From positions 48,102 to 112,101 of the forward strand of contig DATBWR010000011.1 of assembly GCA_036514715.1 (NCBI GenBank): a stretch of 64,000 nucleotides of DNA, given 5' to 3'. Made by a program: the position numbers and the translations under genes. This DNA comes from Candidatus Nanoarchaeia archaeon (GTDB taxonomy: Bacteria; Patescibacteriota; Microgenomatia; Woykebacterales; RBG-16-39-9b). Of this stretch, positions 55,939 through 64,000 are shown in pieces. The notes below the pieces were generated by a model. The model was not told where the DNA came from. It ran no database searches and saw nothing but the letters and a program-made list of their open reading frames with translations. Position 1 is the first letter of the stretch, and each line of letters opens with the position of its first letter.

Positions 55939-56083
55939 CAGCTTCACCTCCCTTCGGATCAAGTTATACTAAAGATGTTGGCAAATGTTACAACATTAAT
56001 ATAACTTTTGCCAATATTCTTGTCAAGCCCCTCTTGCTCTCTATTGCAACTACAGAAATCTTGTTGTACCATTTTGTTAGTAC

Positions 56084-56404
56084 TTGGCTACTATGGAAAA
56101 TAACGAAAACAAGCCATTGTTTACTTTATCAGTAACTGCAGAAATTATTGGAGTTCATCCCAGAACTTTGATGATTTACGAGAATGAAGACTTAGTTATC
56201 CCGCACCGGACTAAAACCAACCGCCGACGTTATTCCCAGAAAGACATCGCTAGGCTTCAGTTTATCCGTTATCTCACCAATAGAAAGGGTATAAATTTAG
56301 CTGGTGTCAGCACTATTCTCGCACTTTTGGAGATAGCGGGTAAAAAAGATTTAGATTTGAAAAAGATTTCCTTTTCAGATTTCCCTGAACAAAAAATGTT
56401 CTAG
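56084..56404 (+). CDS. MerR-family transcriptional regulator (HspR-like)
   Basis: MerR HTH 'FTLSVTAEIIGVHPRTLMIYENEDLVIPHRT..RRRYSQKDIARLQFIRYL'. Divergent from the KGG stress gene. Confidence 0.75.
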   Translation: MATMENNENKPLFTLSVTAEIIGVHPRTLMIYENEDLVIPHRTKTNRRRYSQKDIARLQFIRYLTNRKGINLAGVSTILALLEIAGKKDLDLKKISFSDFPEQKMF

Positions 56405-56507
56405 CACCATAAGCTTGCTTGTTTGTTGTAGTTTAGCTCTTGTTTTGATAACCTTGGTATCAGTTTTAGTGATAGTTGGATTATCAACTCTTCCTCGAAC
56501 TCCTTGT

Positions 56508-58187
56508 CTACCCTCGCAAGGAGTTCTTTCTTTTTTGGGTAGTTTCAGCAAGCTCGGGACTACTAATTGCCGCTCTAACAAAACCTAAATACAGTGGATG
56601 GGGGAAAAGCGGATGGGACATAAATTCGGGGTGAGCCTGAGTGCCTACAAAGAAAGGGTGGTTAGGTAGCTCAACCATTTCAACCAACTTTCCGTTTGGT
56701 GAGGTGCCGGTCACCCTGAAACCTGCTTTTTCAAAATCCATCCGGTAACGGTTGTTAAATTCGTAACGGTGGCGGTGGCGCTCGGAAATTTCCTCTTGAC
56801 CGTAAAGTTTTCTCACCAAGGACCCTGCCTTCAGCTTACAACGAAACGATCCTAAACGCATCGTACCTCCGTATTCACGCCCAATTAAAAGCTTCTCTTG
56901 CTGGGGCATAATATGAATTACCGGGCAGGAACTGCCCTTTTCAATTTCCTCAGTTTGGGCAGTTTTCCATCCCAAAACGTTTCTGGCAAATTCCACAGTA
57001 GAGAGTTGCATACCGTAGCATAAGCCCAAATAAGGTATCTTATTAATGCGGGCAAACTCAATGGCGCTAATAATCCCTTCTACCCCTCTATTGCCAAAAC
57101 CACCCGGAACTACAATACCATCCACCTCTCTTAATTTCTCAAGTGATGAGGGATCCTTCTCAAATTTTTCACTATCAACCCAAAGAAGCTTAGGTTTAAC
57201 ATTCAAAGCCCAAGCTGCGTGTTTTAGCGACTCGATTACTGAAACATAGACATCTTCAAGTTGATAATCACCAGTACCAAAATACTTGCCAACAACCGCA
57301 ATTCTTACCTCTCGGCTAGCCCCATCAATTTTAGAAAGCAACTTTCTCCAGGGGCTTAGATCACGGCCTCCAACTTTTAAGCCTAACTTTTGCAAAACTC
57401 TGTCTCCCAAACCTTGCTCTTCTAAAATTATTGGCACTCGGTAAATTGTATCCACATCAGGATTGGAAATGACGTCGAGGGCATCAACGTTACAAAAAAG
57501 AGCCAGCCTCTCCTTACGACGTTGGTCTAAACGGTGTTCGCTCCTACCCACGATAATATCCGGCTGGATACCCATTGAGTTTAGGGTCCGCACTGACATC
57601 TGAACTGGCTTAGACTTCATTTCTCCTAAATAACCCGGGATGGGTAAGTAGGCAACATGAATTTGCAAAACATCATTTGGGTTTTTAAGCCTCATAATGC
57701 GGCTAGCTTCGAAGAAAATTGCGTTTTGATACTCACCAACTGTCCCCCCAAGTTCGATCAAGACAATCTCCGCTTCTCGAGCCTCTCCTGCCTCCTTAAT
57801 ACGACGGATAATCTCGTCAGTAATATGAGGGATCGCTTCCACATCTTCGCCGTCATATTCGAAGCTTCTTTCTTTGCGGATTACTTCTTGGTAAATTTGG
57901 CCAGTGGTAATATAGTTGACGCTAGTTAAGTTCTCGTTTAAAAAGCGCTCATAGTGGCCTAAATCTTGATCGGTTTCTACTCCGTCTTCAGTAACAAAAA
58001 CCTCACCGTGTTCTTGCGGGCGGATAGTTCCGGCATCAACGTTCAAGTACATATCAATCTTAACTGGAGAAACTCGGTAACCTTTACTTTTGAGAATGGC
58101 GCTAAGTGAAGCAGTGGTAATACCCTTACCAATTCCAGAAATCACACCGCCAGACACAAAGATGTACTTGGTGTTTACTTTTGGCAT
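56508..58187 (-). CDS. pyrG: CTP synthase
   Basis: 'KYIFVSGGVISGIGKG' N-terminus, GATase 'GLCYGMQ' with Cys, full length. Confidence 0.9.
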   Translation of the reverse strand: MPKVNTKYIFVSGGVISGIGKGITTASLSAILKSKGYRVSPVKIDMYLNVDAGTIRPQEHGEVFVTEDGVETDQDLGHYERFLNENLTSVNYITTGQIYQEVIRKERSFEYDGEDVEAIPHITDEIIRRIKEAGEAREAEIVLIELGGTVGEYQNAIFFEASRIMRLKNPNDVLQIHVAYLPIPGYLGEMKSKPVQMSVRTLNSMGIQPDIIVGRSEHRLDQRRKERLALFCNVDALDVISNPDVDTIYRVPIILEEQGLGDRVLQKLGLKVGGRDLSPWRKLLSKIDGASREVRIAVVGKYFGTGDYQLEDVYVSVIESLKHAAWALNVKPKLLWVDSEKFEKDPSSLEKLREVDGIVVPGGFGNRGVEGIISAIEFARINKIPYLGLCYGMQLSTVEFARNVLGWKTAQTEEIEKGSSCPVIHIMPQQEKLLIGREYGGTMRLGSFRCKLKAGSLVRKLYGQEEISERHRHRYEFNNRYRMDFEKAGFRVTGTSPNGKLVEMVELPNHPFFVGTQAHPEFMSHPLFPHPLYLGFVRAAISSPELAETTQKRKNSLRG

Positions 58188-58270
58188 CGAAAAAAGCCCC
58201 TTTGGGAGAGTAAGATTTGGGGCCCACCATTAGTATAGCAAGGAAGTAAGCAGACCTGTCAAGAGGAAAT

Positions 58271-58612
58271 TTAGTGAGCTGAAGGAGTGGCTGAAGAAGT
58301 AACCGGGGTCTTGGCCGCCGAAGAAGTTACAGTTTTACTGGTAACTACTTTCAGGTTTTCTTCCAAACCTTCGACACGGCTTTCCAAAGTTTGGATCCAA
58401 ATCCACATTCCAGCTACTACAATAATTGTTCCGGTCAATATCAAACCAACAGCTGCCAAAACCTTAGTTAGGTCAAAAGTAATTTTGAGCTCTTTTTTGG
58501 GCTCGAAAACAACTGTTTTGAGGGTTTCTTCTGGGTCTTGAGTTAGTGGTGGTGGTTCTTGGACAGTTTCGGGCATTGCCAAAAGTATAATTAATAGAAC
58601 GATACCAGTCAA
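58271..58612 (-). CDS. hypothetical membrane protein
   Basis: Two TM helices, Ser/Thr-rich tail. Confidence 0.35.
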   Translation of the reverse strand: MTGIVLLIILLAMPETVQEPPPLTQDPEETLKTVVFEPKKELKITFDLTKVLAAVGLILTGTIIVVAGMWIWIQTLESRVEGLEENLKVVTSKTVTSSAAKTPVTSSATPSAH

Positions 58613-58965
58613 CTAATTTTCTTGGATAATTTTGATCTCATTGCTCTAAATGCTTTCCAAGCCAGTAAGGAAAGAGTATAGGCAACTCCAATTCCCACGA
58701 CCAAGATAACAACCCAACTTACCAATGCATCTATAGCAAAAATTCTTGTGTTTGGGAGAAGTGAGGAAAAATAATCTACCGCTAAACCTGGTAACCCAAG
58801 TGTAAGGTAGGCTATCTTTTCAAAAACTGACAGAGATTTGAAAATCCCAACAAAAGAATCGTATCCTTGGTCTAAACCAACAACAAACCCAGTGCTAAAC
58901 ACATAAACGTAACTTAAAATGAACCATGTTATGGAGAAGAGTACCAGAGGCTTGGATAATTTCAT
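58609..58965 (-). CDS. hypothetical membrane protein
   Basis: Four TM helices. 4-nt overlap with the downstream ORF. Confidence 0.35.
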   Translation of the reverse strand: MKLSKPLVLFSITWFILSYVYVFSTGFVVGLDQGYDSFVGIFKSLSVFEKIAYLTLGLPGLAVDYFSSLLPNTRIFAIDALVSWVVILVVGIGVAYTLSLLAWKAFRAMRSKLSKKIS

Positions 58966-58973
58966 TTAAGTGC

Positions 58974-60044
58974 TTAGCGCTGCCGCATAAAGGCCGGGAC
59001 GTCGAATTCGTCTTGTTCTTCTTCGGTCGGAGGCTCCATAATCTCCGGCAAACTCTCAGCTGCTTCTCGTGCTTCAGTTGAACGCAATTTTTCCTCGGAA
59101 AAACCAGTAGCAATTACGGTAATTTTCACCTGGTCCATCATACCTTCGTCAATGGCTGCTCCAAAAATAATGTTGGCATCGGTATCAGCTGCCTGGGAAA
59201 TAATCTTGGCAGCTTCATCCACCTCATACATCGAAAGGTCCGGACCACCGGTAACATTAAAAAGTACCCCTTTAGCCCCCTCAATTGAAAGCTCTAGTAA
59301 CGGTGAAGAAATAGCGCTTCGGGCCGCGCTGGCTGATCGTCCCTCACCAGTACCAAAACCAATTCCCATCAGGGCGCTGCCTGCGTTGGTCATAATGGCG
59401 CGGACATCGGCAAAGTCAACGTTGATCAACCCCGGCATGACAATGATATCGGAAATTCCTTGTACTCCTTGACCTAAAACACTGTCAGCCACTTTGAAAG
59501 CTTCCAAAAGACTCATTTTCTTATCCACTACATCAAGAAGTCTTTGGTTGGGAATAACGATCATGGTGTCAACTTTGTCTTTGAGAGCTTCAACTCCTTC
59601 TTCGCCAACAATACGACGGTGAGCACCTTCAAAAGCAAAGGGTTTGGTAACCACTGCTACAGTTAATGCGCCACTTTTTCTTGATAAATCAGCAATTAGT
59701 GGGCAAGCACCAGTTCCTGTACCACCACCCATACCGCCGGTGACAAAAACCATGTCGGCATCAGTTACTATTACCTGCAATTTTTCCATTGATTCTTCGG
59801 CTGCCTTGCGACCAATTTCCGGATCTCCACCAGAACCTAGTCCGCGAGTGAGTTGCTCACCAATCTGAACTTTAGTAGGGGCTTGGCAAGTAAGAAGGGC
59901 TTGAGCATCGGTATTGACACCGATAAAATCGACCCCTTGGATCTGCTGTAAATTGATCATTGAGTTGAGGGCATTACAACCAGCTCCACCAACTCCGATC
60001 ACTTTGATCTTTGCAAAACGATTAACTTCAGGCTTAATTAACAT
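58974..60044 (-). CDS. ftsZ: cell division protein FtsZ
   Basis: Tubulin signature 'GGGTGTG' and '[11 protein letters not shown]'. Confidence 0.9.
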   Translation of the reverse strand: MLIKPEVNRFAKIKVIGVGGAGCNALNSMINLQQIQGVDFIGVNTDAQALLTCQAPTKVQIGEQLTRGLGSGGDPEIGRKAAEESMEKLQVIVTDADMVFVTGGMGGGTGTGACPLIADLSRKSGALTVAVVTKPFAFEGAHRRIVGEEGVEALKDKVDTMIVIPNQRLLDVVDKKMSLLEAFKVADSVLGQGVQGISDIIVMPGLINVDFADVRAIMTNAGSALMGIGFGTGEGRSASAARSAISSPLLELSIEGAKGVLFNVTGGPDLSMYEVDEAAKIISQAADTDANIIFGAAIDEGMMDQVKITVIATGFSEEKLRSTEAREAAESLPEIMEPPTEEEQDEFDVPAFMRQR

Positions 60045-60108
60045 AGGAAAATCCTTTGTAGCAGGCAGAATACAACACTGGGAAGGTATGTGTCAAATTT
60101 TTATGTTT

Positions 60109-61389
60109 TTAGGGAAGAAAGGAACGGATCCAAGCAACGATTTTTTTGCCGAAATCGACAATTGTCCCGCCGCTCATTAAAGGTAAGCTCACGCCAGAGG
60201 AAACGGTGCTAAATTTGGAGCCATAGAGAATTACTCCAACTAAAGAAGCGTAGGCCGGTGAAGAAATTTCCTCAATTAAACCGGTAACCCCACTTGGGTA
60301 AGCAATTCTAACCGGCATGCGCAAAACTTCCTTACCAACTTGGGCAATACCAACAGTTTCGGCTGCCCCTCCAGTAACCACTAAACCGGATGGCAAGAGA
60401 CCAGCATAACCAGAACGCTTAATCTCCATACCCACCAAGGTAAAAATTTCCGTTAAACGCGGCTTGATAATACCGTCAATTAAGGTTTTCTTGGACAAAG
60501 TACCCAAGTCTTCGCCTAGAGATAAGTGGCCAGTTTCCAGAACATCTTTCTTACGAGTCTCGTGCTCTTCTTCACTTTCTGCCTCTTCCTTTTTCTTATT
60601 GACAAGAGAGAGCTCAAGTTTGATTTTCTCAGCATCTTCCAAGGAGCTGCGCAGACCAATGGCCAGGTCATTGGTAATGTTTCTACCACCGATGGGAATG
60701 ACTACTGAGTGAGCAATTGAACCGTCAACAAAGAGACTAACATCAGTTGTGCCCCCACCAATATCAACCAAGGCTACGCCAAGTTCTTTTTCAGTATCAG
60801 TAAGAGTACTTTCAGCTGAAGCCAACCCGGAAAAAACCAACCCCTCGACGTCAATGCCAACTTGTTGAATGCACTTGGCCAGGTTACGCATTGAAGTGGT
60901 TGCTCCGGAAATGATGTGGGTTTCCACCTCCAAGCGGATACCAGTCATACCAATTGGGTCTTTAATTCCTTCCTGGGAGTCCACAATGAAATCACGCGGT
61001 ACAACATGAATTATCTCCCGGGAGCTAGGTATGGAAATAGCACGGGCGGCTTCAGTTACCCTGCGGACATCTTCCTCGGCAATCTCGTTTTCCCCACCAG
61101 CCACTGCCACCACACCACGTGAGTTAACACTACTAATATGGGAGCCACCAACTACCACAAAGGCTGAGGAGATAGAAACACCAGCCATACGCTCGGCTGC
61201 TTCCACGCCTTCGCCGATTGCTTTTACTGCTTCGTCAATATCAACAACCTGCCCTTTTCGCAAACCCCGGGAAGGTACGTTGGAAACTCCAATAACAGTA
61301 AGCGCTCCTTCTTTGGAAAAACTAGCAATAAGGGTAGCAATTTTTACTGAACCAACGTCAATTCCAACGATAATTTTCTCTTTTGTCAC
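60109..61389 (-). CDS. ftsA: cell division protein FtsA
   Basis: Actin-like ATPase motifs 'IVGIDVGSVKI', 'DIGGGTTDV'. Confidence 0.9.
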   Translation of the reverse strand: MTKEKIIVGIDVGSVKIATLIASFSKEGALTVIGVSNVPSRGLRKGQVVDIDEAVKAIGEGVEAAERMAGVSISSAFVVVGGSHISSVNSRGVVAVAGGENEIAEEDVRRVTEAARAISIPSSREIIHVVPRDFIVDSQEGIKDPIGMTGIRLEVETHIISGATTSMRNLAKCIQQVGIDVEGLVFSGLASAESTLTDTEKELGVALVDIGGGTTDVSLFVDGSIAHSVVIPIGGRNITNDLAIGLRSSLEDAEKIKLELSLVNKKKEEAESEEEHETRKKDVLETGHLSLGEDLGTLSKKTLIDGIIKPRLTEIFTLVGMEIKRSGYAGLLPSGLVVTGGAAETVGIAQVGKEVLRMPVRIAYPSGVTGLIEEISSPAYASLVGVILYGSKFSTVSSGVSLPLMSGGTIVDFGKKIVAWIRSFLP

Positions 61390-61433
61390 TTATTCCTTTT
61401 TTGGGCAAAATTAGCTGTCTTTACCCTCAATTT

Positions 61434-61910
61434 TTAGTATTCAACAATAATCTTTTCGAAACGGAAATCAACTTTTTTTAGGTTCCTGTTTTCTATTTTA
61501 GCCTTCGTAGAAACAGTTTGTAAAGTCCTGACCTGTCCAGATAAATCTTTTTTTAAAGAAAAAATTACTAAAATATTGTTTTTAGAGGTGACTTCTAAGG
61601 AGTCATTACCAGACTCTCTAACCGAGCCAACTTCGAAAATTTTGTACTCGTCGATTAGATTTTTTACAAGAGTGCCACTGTCTTCAAAACTCTTGTTTTG
61701 CTCTAAAGTTACTGCTGGTTTTAATTTACCTAAAAAGTCAGAAAAAAGTTTTTCAAACGAGAAACCAGAGGCTAACAACAACCAAAAGGCAGTTCCACCA
61801 ATAACAACGACGATCAAGACAACCTCGAGTAACCTAAGTAGTTTTTCTTTCCAGGAAAACTTCTTCTTGATCTCAAAAACTGGAACACCCGGTCTAGGGT
61901 TTTTTAACAT
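61434..61910 (-). CDS. short FtsQ/DivIB-like membrane protein (by position)
   Basis: N-terminal TM plus a small periplasmic domain, located between murG and ftsA as ftsQ usually is. Sequence support is weak. Confidence 0.35.
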   Translation of the reverse strand: MLKNPRPGVPVFEIKKKFSWKEKLLRLLEVVLIVVVIGGTAFWLLLASGFSFEKLFSDFLGKLKPAVTLEQNKSFEDSGTLVKNLIDEYKIFEVGSVRESGNDSLEVTSKNNILVIFSLKKDLSGQVRTLQTVSTKAKIENRNLKKVDFRFEKIIVEY

Positions 61911-61913
61911 AGT

Positions 61914-63017
61914 TTAAGAGGTGGTTAAAGCTACAACCTCTTTAGCCAAAGTTACCGCCGCGTTAAGCCGAAGGGCTTTTTTAGCCTTTTTGGCGCTCTC
62001 TCGGTAGGTCTTGTGATGCTCAATTACTAATCTTATGGCTGCAAGAAGTCGTTTCGGTGTGAGACGGTCTTGTGGCAAGATTACTGCCGCTCCTAGACCC
62101 TCGACTACTTCAGCGTTTTTCATTTGCTCATCACCTCCTGAGATCACCAAAGGGATAAAAACTGCTGGGATGCCTAACGCCATAGTTTCCACCACCGTGT
62201 TAGCCCCGGAACGACCCACTACTACGCTAGCACGAGATAAGATTTCGCTGGTCTCAGCAGTATCAAACCACTTAGAAACCTTGTAACGGTTTTGCAGTCT
62301 CTGTGGTAGCTGCCCTGCCAAAGCGTTGAGAGTCTCAAAATCTTTGTAAACTTCAGACCCTCCAGTCTGGTGACAAACTTCAAACTCGGAAAGTAAGTCT
62401 TTGAGAATTTCCAAAACCATCTCGTTGATGACGTGAGCTCCTTGGTTTCCCCCAGTAATGTAAACCACTGGTCGGGTAACCCTTTTCTTCTTCAAGTTAA
62501 GTAGCTCTTTACGGATCGGATTACCAACCAAAATTGCTTTTTCTTTTGGAAAAGCCTCAAGTGAGTGTTCCCAGGCCACGGCAATTTTCTTGGCAAAACG
62601 GGCGATTAAGCGGTTGGCCAGGCCCCCTTTGACAGTCTGCTCGTGGGTAATCACTGGAATACCTAAAACCCAAGCTGCCAAGACAACCGGAGCGGCAACG
62701 TAGCTACCAAAGGACAATACCGCGTTTGGCCTCTCTTGAGACAAAATACCTAATGCCTGCAAAAACCCAATTGGAACCTTGGCCAGCGCCCAAAGGGTAT
62801 AACGGGTAAAGGTTCGTTGCAGCCTACCAGCGTTGATGGCATAAAATTTAATTCCCAGGTTAGGAATTACCACTGATTCGGCCGAAGGAGTCTTATCACC
62901 TTCCATAGCCCTCGCCCTTCCAATAAAAATAATTTCTATTTCAGGGTATTTTTTTAACTCATCGATAGTCGCAATTGCCGGAGTAAGGTGGCCTCCGGTA
63001 ACAACAATTTTTCTCAT
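61914..63017 (-). CDS. murG: undecaprenyldiphospho-muramoylpentapeptide beta-N-acetylglucosaminyltransferase
   Basis: 'IVVTGGHLTPAIA' N-terminus and the GT28 C-terminal domain 'HQTG', 'GANTVVE'. Confidence 0.85.
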   Translation of the reverse strand: MRKIVVTGGHLTPAIATIDELKKYPEIEIIFIGRARAMEGDKTPSAESVVIPNLGIKFYAINAGRLQRTFTRYTLWALAKVPIGFLQALGILSQERPNAVLSFGSYVAAPVVLAAWVLGIPVITHEQTVKGGLANRLIARFAKKIAVAWEHSLEAFPKEKAILVGNPIRKELLNLKKKRVTRPVVYITGGNQGAHVINEMVLEILKDLLSEFEVCHQTGGSEVYKDFETLNALAGQLPQRLQNRYKVSKWFDTAETSEILSRASVVVGRSGANTVVETMALGIPAVFIPLVISGGDEQMKNAEVVEGLGAAVILPQDRLTPKRLLAAIRLVIEHHKTYRESAKKAKKALRLNAAVTLAKEVVALTTS

Positions 63018-63073
63018 TTTAGTCCAATGGTTCTACTAGTTTAACTTTGAGCTCCCTCAAACGCAAGAAATGC

Positions 63074-64000
63074 TTAGACGCTTGCTTCTTTACTGGTATT
63101 TTTGGAAAGGTTAAGAAGGATAGCAACTGCAAAAAAGACTGCCAAGAGCGAGCTACCTCCATAAGAAATCAGCGGCAAGGGTATTCCGGTCAGAGGCAAA
63201 AGAGAGACCATACCAGCTAAATTGATGAAAACCTGCAGCCCAATCCAAATTCCAATACCACAAGCGAGTAACTGTCCAAAACGGTCAGGGGTTCTTGAAG
63301 CGATCTTAAAGGCACGGAAAACAATAAAGAAAAGTAGGCTGATAAAAATTAAGGAACCGATAAAACCAAGTTCGTTGCCAATGACCGCAAAAATTGAGTC
63401 AGTGGTAACTTCGGGAATATAACCGTACTTCTGCCGTGATTGACCCAAACCAACTCCAAACCAACCTCCAGAACCTAGCGCGATTAAAATTTGGTTGATG
63501 TGGTAGGCAGCTCCAGTCGGGTCTGCATTAGGATTTATAAAACTCAAGAGTCTTTCTCGACGGTAATCTGAACTGAAAATAAAGGCTAAACCGGCAATTA
63601 AGCCTGCAGGGACCAGTAGTAAAAAATGCAAAATAGGTGCTCCAGATAAAAAATAGACAAGCAAACCGGTTAAACTAACCACCGCAGCAGTTCCCAAATC
63701 CCTTTGGAAGATTAAAACAGTAATAAGAAGAGCGGTAAGAGTTACGAACGGCCAAAATCTTACTTTTTTGGTCAGGAAAGCGGCTAAATAAATGATGTAG
63801 GCTAGTTTTACAAACTCAGCCGGTTGGATCGAGAAAAGATCGCCAACTCCAATCCACCGTTGCGCTCCATAAATTTTTAAGCCAATGCCAGGAATAAAGA
63901 CTGCCAAAAGCAGACCGATCGCAAAGACCATGATTAACGGACCGAGTTTCTCCCAAAATTTATAGCTAAATTTGTAAACAATAAAGGCTAGAACCGCCCC
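63074..64000 (-). CDS. ftsW: SEDS-family protein FtsW (partial; 5' end beyond the window)
   Basis: SEDS C-terminal motifs. The reading frame stays open to position 64000, so the gene is truncated by the window. Confidence 0.8.
   Translation of the reverse strand, partial: GAVLAFIVYKFSYKFWEKLGPLIMVFAIGLLLAVFIPGIGLKIYGAQRWIGVGDLFSIQPAEFVKLAYIIYLAAFLTKKVRFWPFVTLTALLITVLIFQRDLGTAAVVSLTGLLVYFLSGAPILHFLLLVPAGLIAGLAFIFSSDYRRERLLSFINPNADPTGAAYHINQILIALGSGGWFGVGLGQSRQKYGYIPEVTTDSIFAVIGNELGFIGSLIFISLLFFIVFRAFKIASRTPDRFGQLLACGIGIWIGLQVFINLAGMVSLLPLTGIPLPLISYGGSSLLAVFFAVAILLNLSKNTSKEASV

Overview
This 64-kb window looks like a compact, low-GC bacterial chromosome segment. The gene content and style (short family-A PolA, archaeal-type IleRS, GatCAB, tiny hypothetical genes, LPxTG surface proteins, many secreted repeat proteins) fit a Patescibacteria/CPR-like or other reduced-genome bacterium; that placement is inference only. 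Recognisable housekeeping genes include H+-pyrophosphatase, RNase HII, YraN, L19, L21, L27, PolA, GatB/A/C, HtpX, LemA, PolX, PyrE, a frameshifted PyrF, PurM, a PurN-like protein, LepB, ParB, RodA/FtsW, IleS, CTP synthase, and a dcw cluster (ftsZ, ftsA, murG, ftsW). There are five tRNAs: Lys-TTT, Asp-GTC, Gly-CCC, Thr-CGT and Val-CAC. Three regions stand out. (1) A 15-kb secreted/surface-protein island (17.0-31.7 kb) carries a new paralogous family of Gly/Asn/Asp-rich repeat proteins, one with an LPxTG-like anchor. It also carries an RTX-repeat protein, a collagen-like protein, a subtilisin, and a SipW-type signal peptidase that is fused in-frame to a SipW-cognate (TasA-like) signal peptide and substrate domain, followed by a separate TasA-like substrate gene. 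Two transcription units in this island share a conserved palindromic upstream motif. (2) A compositionally distinct GC-rich island (about 9.4-14.6 kb) sits around tRNA-Lys. That tRNA is followed by a partial, hairpin-interrupted copy of its own 3' half. The island encodes a TelA-like protein, a TPM/XpaC-like membrane protein and a lipoprotein. (3) A small HEPN-like (Rx4H) gene plus a GC-rich structured element sits between gatA and gatB. Other oddities are a PEP-utilizing-enzyme gene translationally coupled to a CYTH triphosphatase gene, a DUF4258/DUF2283 toxin-antitoxin cassette flanked by perfect 29-bp direct repeats, an orphan tRNA 3' fragment after tRNA-Thr, and a 630-bp non-coding gap with terminator-like hairpins. 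No CRISPR array, transposase or integrase was recognised. All coordinates and motifs were read by eye from the sequence, so boundaries are approximate and no database searches were run.
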